Assembly (NCBI GenBank): GCA_051747805.1
Contig: JBNJGP010000086.1
Coordinates: 1-10,365 of the forward strand
Direction: 5' to 3'
Source of the DNA: Candidatus Muiribacteriota bacterium
GTDB taxonomy: Bacteria; Muiribacteriota; Muiribacteriia; Muiribacteriales; Muiribacteriaceae
DNA length: 10,365 bases
The position numbers and the translations under genes were made by a program. Shown here in pieces: positions 1 through 7,097 of the stretch (its first letter is position 1; the number at the start of each line of letters is the position of its first letter). The notes below the pieces were generated by a model. The model did not search any database. It was given only the letters and a program-made list of their open reading frames with translations, and had not been told where the DNA came from.

Positions 1-2
1 TC

Positions 3-1205
3 TTAGTCAAGTATTTCTGTAACAACACCAGCACCAACAGTTCTTCCGCCTTCTCTGATTGCGAATCTTAGTTCTTTTTCCATTGCTATTGGTGTAATAA
101 GCTCTATATCTATTGTAATGTTGTCACCAGGCATTATCATTTCTTTTCCTTCAGGCAGTTTTATTGAACCTGTTACATCTGTTGTTCTGAAATAAAACTG
201 TGGTCTGTATCCATTAAAGAACGGTGTATGTCTTCCGCCCTCTTCTTTACTTAAAACATATACTTCCGCCTTGAATTTCTTATGCGGTGTTATTGATTTT
301 GGCTTCGCTACAACCTGTCCTCTTTCTACCTGATCTTTTGCCACACCTCTTAACAATAACCCTACATTGTCTCCTGCAAAACCTTCGTCCAACAGCTTTC
401 TAAACATTTCTACGCCTGTTACCACTGTGGTTTTTATTTCGTCTTGCATTCCTATTATTTCTACTGATTCTCCTACTTTTACTTTTCCTCTTTCTACTCT
501 TCCTGTTACCACTGTTCCTCTTCCTGTTATTGAGAATACATCCTCTATTGGCATTAGGAAATCTTTATCCAGCGGTCTTGTTGGTTCTGGTATAAAATCA
601 TCTGTTGCATCCATTAGTTCATATATTGGCTTGCATTCTTCTGCTTCTGGATCGTCAAATCCTTTTTCTAATGCTTTCAACGCCGAACCTTTTATTATTG
701 GTACATCGTCTCCAGGAAAATCATATTCGCTTAGTAATTCTCTGATTTCAAGCTCTACTAAATCCAGTAATTCTGGATCATCTACCTGGTCTGTTTTGTT
801 CATAAATACTACGATTGATGGTACATTAACCTGTTTTGCAAGCAGAATATGCTCTCTTGTCTGTGGCATTGGTCCATCTGCTGCCGATACAACAAGTATT
901 GCTCCGTCCATCTGCGCCGCACCTGTTATCATATTTTTAATATAGTCTGCATGACCTGGACAGTCAACATGTGCATAATGTCTTTTTTCTGTCTGATACT
1001 CTACATGCGCTGTATTAATTGTTATTCCTCTTGCTTTTTCTTCTGGCGCTGCATCAATTTCATCATATTTCTTGATGTCTGCAAAACCTTTTCCAGCCAG
1101 CCCTAATGTTATCGCTGCTGTTAATGTTGTTTTTCCATGATCTACATGTCCTATTGTTCCAATATTGACATGTGGTTTGCTTCTTTCAAATTTTTCTTTT
1201 GCCAT
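3..1205 (-). CDS. tuf: Elongation factor Tu
   Basis: 400-aa ORF starting [27 protein letters not shown], with [16 protein letters not shown] and C-terminal [18 protein letters not shown] stop at 3-5; GGGGGA Shine-Dalgarno-like sequence at about 1215-1220. Confidence 0.99.
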   Translation of the reverse strand: MAKEKFERSKPHVNIGTIGHVDHGKTTLTAAITLGLAGKGFADIKKYDEIDAAPEEKARGITINTAHVEYQTEKRHYAHVDCPGHADYIKNMITGAAQMDGAILVVSAADGPMPQTREHILLAKQVNVPSIVVFMNKTDQVDDPELLDLVELEIRELLSEYDFPGDDVPIIKGSALKALEKGFDDPEAEECKPIYELMDATDDFIPEPTRPLDKDFLMPIEDVFSITGRGTVVTGRVERGKVKVGESVEIIGMQDEIKTTVVTGVEMFRKLLDEGFAGDNVGLLLRGVAKDQVERGQVVAKPKSITPHKKFKAEVYVLSKEEGGRHTPFFNGYRPQFYFRTTDVTGSIKLPEGKEMIMPGDNITIDIELITPIAMEKELRFAIREGGRTVGAGVVTEILD

Positions 1206-1298
1206 TTTTAAGATTCCCCCTTAATTAGGTTTAGGTTTAATTTGCACCTTTCTAAAAAAATTAGACGTATAATAACATAATTAAAATGATTTTAAAAA

Positions 1299-1374
1299 TG
1301 GAGCCATCGACCGGGATTGAACCGGTGACCTCATCCTTACCAAGGATGCACTCTACCAACTGAGCTACGACGGC
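1299..1374 (-). tRNA. tRNA-Thr(GGT)
   Basis: 76 nt, GCCGTCG...CGATGGC-T-CCA. Anticodon arm CATCC-TTGGTAA-GGATG, T-loop TTCAATC, encoded CCA. Confidence 0.97.
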
Positions 1375-1397
1375 TACGGTATTCTAAGAAAGGTAAG

Positions 1398-1482
1398 TGG
1401 TGGAGGGGGAAGGATTTGAACCTTCGAAGGCTTCGCCGGCGGATTTACAGTCCGCTCCCTTTGGCCACTCGGGCACCCCTCC
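1398..1482 (-). tRNA. tRNA-Tyr(GTA)
   Basis: 85 nt, GGAGGGG...CCCCTCC-A-CCA. Anticodon arm GCGGA-CTGTAAA-TCCGC, long variable arm GGC-GAA-GCC (class II tRNA). Confidence 0.97.
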
Positions 1483-1489
1483 TTTTAAG

Positions 1490-1565
1490 TGGAGCCGACG
1501 AAGGGAATCGAACCCCCAACCCACGCATTACAAGTGCGTTGCTCTGCCAGTTGAGCCACGTCGGC
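1490..1565 (-). tRNA. tRNA-Thr(TGT)
   Basis: 76 nt, GCCGACG...CGTCGGC-T-CCA. Anticodon arm ACGCA-CTTGTAA-TGCGT, T-loop TTCGATT. Confidence 0.97.
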
Positions 1566-1584
1566 ACACAAAAGAAGTGTGTTA

Positions 1585-1613
1585 ATTATAGTAAACTCAT
1601 AGTACAAGGTCAA
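1585..1613 (-). promoter_or_regulatory. sigma70-type promoter of the tRNA-tuf operon
   Basis: TTGACC (1613-1608), 17 bp spacer, TATAAT (1590-1585), about 20 nt upstream of the first tRNA. Confidence 0.85.
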
Positions 1614-1654
1614 CACTAATAACTATCTTTATTAGAAAATAAATAACATTTTCT

Positions 1655-2365
1655 TCATTTTACTTTATTTTTCTCTTTTTTCCTTTTTATTTCAAACAAA
1701 ACAACTCCGGTAGCCACCGAGGCATTTAAAGAAGAGACAGATGAATTCATGGGTATTTTCACCCCAAAATCGATTTTTTTAGCAACAAGATTTGATATTC
1801 CAACACCCTCACTTCCAATAATCAGAGCGGTTTTTCCCTGATAATTTTCTTCATAAATTGTTTTGGGAGCCTCCGCAAAAGCTCCATATATCCAGAAATT
1901 ATTTTTTTTTAATAAATCAACTGTTTTTGCGATATTTGTAACCTGAGTGATTTTAACATGAGATAAAGCTCCCGCCGAAGCCTTATATACAACTGGTGTA
2001 ATTTTAACACTTCTTTTTGAGGGTAAAATAATTCCTTTCACCCCACAGCAGCAACAGGTACGAATTATGGCACCCAAGTTATGCGGGTCCTGAATATGGT
2101 CTAATATACAAATTATATCTTCCTGTGTAGTCTGCTGAATTAATTTATTTAAAGGAAAAAATTTGAATTCGTTTATATGAGCCACAATATTCTGACTATT
2201 TTTCCCGAATTTTTTTAAAAATTTTTCCCGGCTAAAAAAAACTATCTTAATTTTTTTTCTTTTTAACCTCTCGTATTCTTTTTTATCGCAAGTAAAAACC
2301 TGCTCAACATTTTGGGCTGATATAGCCTCATAAACAGGGTTTTTTCCATAAATTAAATTCATCAT
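1655..2365 (-). CDS. rlmB: 23S rRNA (Gm2251) 2'-O-methyltransferase, SpoU/TrmH family
   Basis: IYGKNPVYEA N-terminus; SPOUT motifs LDHIQDPHNLGAIIRT, IGSEGVG and IPM...SLNASVA. ATGA overlap with the mrnC stop; conserved cysS-mrnC-rlmB context. Confidence 0.93.
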   Translation of the reverse strand: MMNLIYGKNPVYEAISAQNVEQVFTCDKKEYERLKRKKIKIVFFSREKFLKKFGKNSQNIVAHINEFKFFPLNKLIQQTTQEDIICILDHIQDPHNLGAIIRTCCCCGVKGIILPSKRSVKITPVVYKASAGALSHVKITQVTNIAKTVDLLKKNNFWIYGAFAEAPKTIYEENYQGKTALIIGSEGVGISNLVAKKIDFGVKIPMNSSVSSLNASVATGVVLFEIKRKKEKNKVK

Positions 2366-2727
2366 AATAAATTTTTGTAAATAAAATGAATTATTTTATC
2401 TAATCCTTTTTGATTTCCCTCGACGTAATACCTTCCCAGAAGAGCCTCAAAAGCTGTTGCCTCTTTCTTAGTTATGTTATTACCACTGTAACGATTATTT
2501 CTAACTTTTTTTACATAAGATTTTTCATCTTCATCAAATAAATTTTCTTTCATTAAATAGAGAAAATTATGCTGGGTTACCCCATTCACTGTTTTCACAA
2601 CGTTATTATGCAACTCTGAACAATCTGCCGGATAATATTTAAGAAAAAATTCTCTTATTTTAAGCTCAAAATACGCGTCTCCAATATATGCAAGTGTTCT
2701 ATATGTATATTTATCAACTTCCGGCAT
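2362..2727 (-). CDS. mrnC: Mini-ribonuclease III (23S rRNA maturation)
   Basis: 121 aa with RNase III motifs LAYIGDAYFEL and EATAFEALLG, no dsRBD. Lies between cysS and rlmB and overlaps the cysS end by 14 nt. Confidence 0.9.
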   Translation of the reverse strand: MPEVDKYTYRTLAYIGDAYFELKIREFFLKYYPADCSELHNNVVKTVNGVTQHNFLYLMKENLFDEDEKSYVKKVRNNRYSGNNITKKEATAFEALLGRYYVEGNQKGLDKIIHFIYKNLL

Positions 2728-4108
2728 GCCAGGTAGTTCCTTCTTTAGAATCTTCTATTGTTATGTTCATAGAGGCCAGCTTATCTCTTATTTCATCGGC
2801 TTTTTTGTAATTTTTTTCTTTTCTGTACCTGTTTCTTTTCTCTATAAGATTTTTTATTTCAGATTCTTCAATTTCAAGCTCTTTTTTTTCTCTTATATCG
2901 ATAATATCATCTACTTTTGAAACAAAGGCCAACACTTTATATTTAAGCTTTTCAGTAAAAAATTTTCCTGTAATTGCATTATTAATCTCTCTTATTATAA
3001 TAAATAAATAACCTAATGCTTTTGAAATATTTAAATCATCATCTAAAGCTTCCATAAAGTTTTTTTCTGCTTGTTCAACTTTATTAATAAGGTCTCCGTC
3101 ATCAGCTCTATCAAGAGTAGCATTTTCAATTCTGTTTCTAAAGTCATTATAAGTTTTGATAGTGTTTTCTGCCTGTTTAATTCCATTAATTGTGAAGTTC
3201 AATTTTGTTTTATAATGCGCAGAAAGAAGTAGATATCTTATTGCAAGCGGATTATACTCCTTTAAATCTCTTAAAGTATAGAAATTATTATGAGATTTGG
3301 ACATTTTTTTATTATTTACAAGCAGATGTTCGCAGTGAAGCCAGTAATTTGAAAATTTTCTACCTGTGCAGGCGCTTGACTGGGCAATTTCATTTTCATG
3401 ATGAGGAAAAATATTATCCACCCCCCCGGTATGAATATCAAAAGTTTCTCCAAGATATTTCATACTCATAGCAGAACATTCTATATGCCAGCCCGGTCTT
3501 CCTTTTCCAAAAGGAGAATCCCAGAAAGGTTCTCCAGAATCAGAGTCTATATTCTTCCATAACACAAAATCTCTTATATCTTCTTTATCATACTCATCTG
3601 TATCATATCTTACACCCGATTTAACGTTTTCAAGGTCAATATTTGAAAGTTTTCCATATTCTTTAAATTTTTCAATTTTAAAATAAACCGAGCCCTCTTT
3701 TTCATATGTGAATCCTTTTTCTTTTAACTTTTTTATAATGTTTATCATTTCTTCTACATGTTCAGTTGCTTTAGGATAGTGTTCGGCCTTTTCAATTCTA
3801 AGTGTTTTTACATCCTCAAAAAAAGCTTCTGTATATTTTTTTGTATATTCTGAAAGCAAAACTCCTTCCTGCATTGAATTTTTTATTGTTTTATCATCTA
3901 CATCTGTAATATTCATTACCTGTTTAACTTTATATCCTTTCAACTTAAGATATCTACGGAGCAAATCCTCAAATATAAAAGTCCGAAAATTCCCTATATG
4001 AGCATAGGAATAAACTGTGGGACCGCAAGTGTACATTTTAACTTCATTTTTTTTTAATGGTATAAAAAGTTCTTTTCTACCAGTTAAAGTATTACTAAAG
4101 TATGTCAT
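2714..4108 (-). CDS. cysS: Cysteine--tRNA ligase
   Basis: MYTCGPTVY, HIGN, GRPGWHIECSAM, DIHTGGVDNIFPHHENE and KMSKS motifs; C-terminal ADEIRDKL anticodon domain. Confidence 0.99.
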   Translation of the reverse strand: MTYFSNTLTGRKELFIPLKKNEVKMYTCGPTVYSYAHIGNFRTFIFEDLLRRYLKLKGYKVKQVMNITDVDDKTIKNSMQEGVLLSEYTKKYTEAFFEDVKTLRIEKAEHYPKATEHVEEMINIIKKLKEKGFTYEKEGSVYFKIEKFKEYGKLSNIDLENVKSGVRYDTDEYDKEDIRDFVLWKNIDSDSGEPFWDSPFGKGRPGWHIECSAMSMKYLGETFDIHTGGVDNIFPHHENEIAQSSACTGRKFSNYWLHCEHLLVNNKKMSKSHNNFYTLRDLKEYNPLAIRYLLLSAHYKTKLNFTINGIKQAENTIKTYNDFRNRIENATLDRADDGDLINKVEQAEKNFMEALDDDLNISKALGYLFIIIREINNAITGKFFTEKLKYKVLAFVSKVDDIIDIREKKELEIEESEIKNLIEKRNRYRKEKNYKKADEIRDKLASMNITIEDSKEGTTWHAGS

Positions 4109-4112
4109 TTTT

Positions 4113-5582
4113 TTAACCCTCTAAAATATTTTTTTTAAACTCCAGAAGTCTTTTCAGAGATGCTTCTTTTCCTAATGCCATCAGCATTGGATATACTCCC
4201 GGACCAGAAGTTTTATAAGTAAGCGCTATTCTAAGCGGCATGAATAAACCCCTTCCTTTAGCTTTACATTCTCTGCTAGTTTCTTTTAATGCTTTTTTTA
4301 AATTATCAAAATCAAAAGAGTGTTCCTCGATTTCCTTAATTTTTTCAATATAACTGGTTAGTACAGCTAAAGCTCCTGATTCTGCATAAACTTCTCTGAT
4401 TTCTTCTGTTATTGTTTTATCAACTGTTTCTTCAAAAAAATAATTTAACTCATTATTAATATCAGGCAGCACAGTAATATACTCTCTTGCCACCTTTACA
4501 ATTGCTCTGAATTTTTCATCATTTTTAACATTAAACTTATTTTTATTGACGAAAGGATAAACACAATCCTTAATATAATCAAGGTTTGAATTTCTAATAT
4601 ATATACCATTCATCCATTTTAATTTTTCAATATCAAAAACAGCAGGTGATTTAGATACCTCTTTAAGCTTAAATCTGCTTATTATATCTTCTGTTGACAT
4701 AATTTCCTCATCATTTTTTGGAGACCAGCCAAGAAGTGAGAGAAAATTGAAAACAACCTCTTTTAAAAAGCCTTCCTTTTTATATTCCTCAACAGAAGTT
4801 GCGCCATGTCTTTTTGAAAGACGTGAGCCGTCACCACCAAGTATCATTGGAATATGGGCAAAAAAAGGAACTTTTTTATCAAGCGCCTGATAAAGCATTA
4901 TCTGTCGCGGAGTATTTGTAATATGATCATCTCCTCTTATTACGTGTGAAATATCCATCAGAAAATCATCTACAACAACTGCAAAATTATATGATGGATA
5001 GCTATCAGACTTCTCAATAATAAAGTCTCCTGTAAGGTTTGTATCAAATTCAATCCTGCCTCTGCAAATATCATTTAAAACAATTTTCTTATTTGAAGGA
5101 ACCTTAAACCTTATAGAAGGTTTTCTTCCTTCAAGCATGTACATATCCTTTTCTTTCTGGGTAAGGTTTAAACATTTACCTGAATAAACTGGTGTTTTGC
5201 CTTCTTCTAAGGCTTTTTTTCTTTCTTTTTCAAGTTCTTCCGGGGTACAAAAACATCTGTACGCTTTTTTTTCATCAAGAAGTTTTTTTATATATTTTTT
5301 ATACAACTCTATGCGTTCTGACTGTCTATAAGGTCCATATTCCCCGTTTTTTCCTGGTCCTTCATCCCAGTCAAGGCCCAGCCATTTCAGAGAAGAATAA
5401 ATAGCCTCTTCTGAATCGCTGGTTGACCTTTTTTTATCAGTGTCTTCTACTCTTAAAATAAATTTACCACCATGTTTTTTTGCAAATAACCAGTTAAATA
5501 AGGCTGTTCTTGCACCGCCAATATGTAAAAAACCTGTTGGCGAAGGAGCAAAACGGACTCTAACCATTTTATCATTTTTCAT
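4113..5582 (-). CDS. gltX: Glutamate--tRNA ligase (489 aa; start moved to ATG at 5582)
   Basis: RVRFAPSPTGFLHIGG, LRVEDTD, CFC...YSGKC zinc-binding region, HVIRGDDH, RLSKR. AGGAGG at 5595-5590 lies 7 nt before ATG 5582, so the ORF-track extension to 5651 is not supported. Confidence 0.98.
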   Translation of the reverse strand: MKNDKMVRVRFAPSPTGFLHIGGARTALFNWLFAKKHGGKFILRVEDTDKKRSTSDSEEAIYSSLKWLGLDWDEGPGKNGEYGPYRQSERIELYKKYIKKLLDEKKAYRCFCTPEELEKERKKALEEGKTPVYSGKCLNLTQKEKDMYMLEGRKPSIRFKVPSNKKIVLNDICRGRIEFDTNLTGDFIIEKSDSYPSYNFAVVVDDFLMDISHVIRGDDHITNTPRQIMLYQALDKKVPFFAHIPMILGGDGSRLSKRHGATSVEEYKKEGFLKEVVFNFLSLLGWSPKNDEEIMSTEDIISRFKLKEVSKSPAVFDIEKLKWMNGIYIRNSNLDYIKDCVYPFVNKNKFNVKNDEKFRAIVKVAREYITVLPDINNELNYFFEETVDKTITEEIREVYAESGALAVLTSYIEKIKEIEEHSFDFDNLKKALKETSRECKAKGRGLFMPLRIALTYKTSGPGVYPMLMALGKEASLKRLLEFKKNILEG

Positions 5583-5608
5583 CTGAAGTCCTCCTGTTAA
5601 ATGTATAG

Positions 5609-5756
5609 AGCTTGTTGAAAAGCAAATACTAACTAAAAATATATATAACAAATCCGTTATAGATTCATTTTTCTTTTAAATATACTCTAAAAATTTTTTG
5701 TAATTTTTTTCTAACATTATTTTTAGTCTTCTTTTAAAAAGTTTTTTCAACAGCCT
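5609..5756. mobile_element. Degenerate MITE-like element or IS remnant (about 148 bp) with imperfect terminal inverted repeats
   Basis: AGCTTGTTGAAAA (5609-5621) and TTTTCAACAGCCT (5744-5756; reverse complement AGGCTGTTGAAAA) match at 11/13. The interior is very AT-rich and non-coding. No convincing target-site duplication. Confidence 0.4.
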
Positions 5757-5792
5757 TTATCAATTAAGATTATAAAAAAATCTAAGTTTAAA

Positions 5793-5855
5793 GTTGAGTT
5801 TAGCAAAAATAGGCCTGACCACAAAAGCCTTTTTAAAAAATTTGCTAAACTCAAG
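5793..5855. mobile_element. 63-bp MITE-like element: perfect 14-bp inverted repeats flanked by a 7-bp direct repeat
   Basis: TTGAGTTTAGCAAA (5794-5807) and TTTGCTAAACTCAA (5841-5854) enclose a 33-nt interior. GTTTAAA occurs at both 5786-5792 and 5856-5862. Confidence 0.55.
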
Positions 5856-5877
5856 GTTTAAATATTTTTCAATAGTT

Positions 5878-5906
5878 AATTTACCATAAGTTTACATCTA
5901 CAACAA
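5878..5906 (-). promoter_or_regulatory. Possible divergent promoter toward gltX
   Basis: TTGTTG (5906-5901), 17 bp spacer, TAAATT (5883-5878) with an extended -10 TG. Weak because the region is AT-rich. Confidence 0.35.
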
Positions 5907-5909
5907 GTA

Positions 5910-5938
5910 TTGTAAATGGTAATTTTTAATGTTATAAT
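5910..5938 (+). promoter_or_regulatory. sigma70-type promoter of the M48-TPR / TM-GAF operon
   Basis: TTGTAA (5910-5915), 17 bp spacer, TATAAT (5933-5938) with extended -10 TGn. AGGAG RBS at 5968-5972. Confidence 0.7.
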
Positions 5939-5978
5939 TATAAAGTTTAAAAAAAATTAAAAATTTTAGGAGATTTCT

Positions 5979-7097
5979 TTGAAAAATTTTTTTATTTTCC
6001 TCATTTTATTTTCAACAATAATCACCTACGGGTTAAGAGTTTCAAATGAGCTTGAAGGCTATTTTCCAGAAAAACATGTTCCTAAAGATTTACAAAAAAT
6101 AATCTTAAATGAGACAGAAAAAGTTATAAGCGAAAGAATGCATCAGTACATGAGCTCTAACTTTAATTTAATCCAGGAAGATTCAAGTATTTTTACCCGT
6201 TTATGGCAGAGTACCGGTCCTTTAATACATTATTTTGGTTTAAAATATGATAATATAAAAATTCATGTTGTCGAAACTGATGACTATATACTACTTTCTC
6301 TTCCTTCAGGCGATATTTTTTTTTCAGAAGGGCTTTTTTATTCTCTAGCTTCTGAAGACGAAGTATCTTTTTTAATAGGACGTCAGCTTTATCTTATAAA
6401 AAACGAACTCGGCCCCTCACTTATAAAAAATGAAAAAATAAAAGATTATGCCGAAGAAAATAAATCTGTTGTTGATGAATATTTTCTTTCAGTTGGTCAA
6501 ACTGACAATATTGAGGCCGATAAAAATAGTGCCTATGCTTTGTTTAAAACCGGAACCTCCCCCTGGAACGCATTGGAATATTTAAAGAAGTTAAGAAAAG
6601 TTGATAAAGAGAAAATTTTTTATTTTGATGTTGATAATCTTGAAAACAGAATCGAAGCACTTCAAAGATATATTGACAAAGCCATGCCTTTTTCTCATAT
6701 AAAAGTTGAAAAAGTAACTAATTATAGAAATGCCTATTATTACTTTGTCCTTGGCACTAAATTTTTAAAGGGAAATATGCTTGATGATGCTATTAAAGCC
6801 TTTAAAACATCGGTTTCTATCAGGGATAATATTGCTGAAACCCATAATAATCTTGGTGTTGCATATGCCCGCAGAAACTTCTATAATCAGGCAATTTATC
6901 ATTATGATATTGCCCTCAGACTTCAAAAAGATTCAAGATACTATTTTAACCATGCTGTATCTTCAATTAAACTGGGAAATTACGATAGAGCGCTGACATA
7001 TTTAAAAAGAGCTATAAATCACGATCCATCTAATATCAGAGCCCAGAAGCTTTTAAGAAGCCTGGAGAATTTTATGGAGGACCTTAATAAAATATGA
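5979..7097 (+). CDS. Exported M48 (BepA/YfgC-like) peptidase-fold protein, catalytically degenerate, with three C-terminal TPR repeats
   Basis: TTG start with AGGAG RBS; signal-peptide-like MKNFFIFLILFSTIITYG. M48-like segments IHVVETDDYILLSLPSGDIFFSEGLF..ASEDEVSFLIG and EADKNSAYALFKTGTSPWNALEYLKKL..NRIEAL. TPR consensus repeats such as AETHNNLGVAYARRNFYNQAIYHYDIALRL. Confidence 0.75.
   Translation: MKNFFIFLILFSTIITYGLRVSNELEGYFPEKHVPKDLQKIILNETEKVISERMHQYMSSNFNLIQEDSSIFTRLWQSTGPLIHYFGLKYDNIKIHVVETDDYILLSLPSGDIFFSEGLFYSLASEDEVSFLIGRQLYLIKNELGPSLIKNEKIKDYAEENKSVVDEYFLSVGQTDNIEADKNSAYALFKTGTSPWNALEYLKKLRKVDKEKIFYFDVDNLENRIEALQRYIDKAMPFSHIKVEKVTNYRNAYYYFVLGTKFLKGNMLDDAIKAFKTSVSIRDNIAETHNNLGVAYARRNFYNQAIYHYDIALRLQKDSRYYFNHAVSSIKLGNYDRALTYLKRAINHDPSNIRAQKLLRSLENFMEDLNKI

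Noticed and set aside
367..1106. Plus-strand ORFs 367..945 and 849..1106
   Set aside because: They are antisense shadows of tuf with Ser/Thr/Ile-rich composition produced by its codon bias, and show no recognisable domain.
1206..1298. Prophage or island attachment site at the tRNA 3' ends; short TTAGGT duplication before tuf
   Set aside because: I see no duplicated tRNA 3' fragment or integrase in the window, and a two-copy 6-mer is expected by chance in AT-rich DNA.
1397..1619. Plus-strand ORFs 1397..1585 and 1416..1619
   Set aside because: They are antisense to tRNA-Tyr and tRNA-Thr, a well-known source of spurious ORFs.
2726..5404. Short plus-strand ORFs 2726..2920, 3205..3471 and 5192..5404
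   Set aside because: They are antisense to cysS or gltX and Phe-rich because of the A-rich sense strand; nothing supports translation.
5583..5651. 23-aa N-terminal extension of GltX in the ORF track
   Set aside because: A strong AGGAGG precedes ATG 5582, and homologues begin near the RVRFAPSPTG motif.
5583..5978. T-box riboswitch upstream of the aminoacyl-tRNA synthetase operon
   Set aside because: There is no GGTGG-ACC-CG T-box bulge motif and no terminator/antiterminator on the minus strand.
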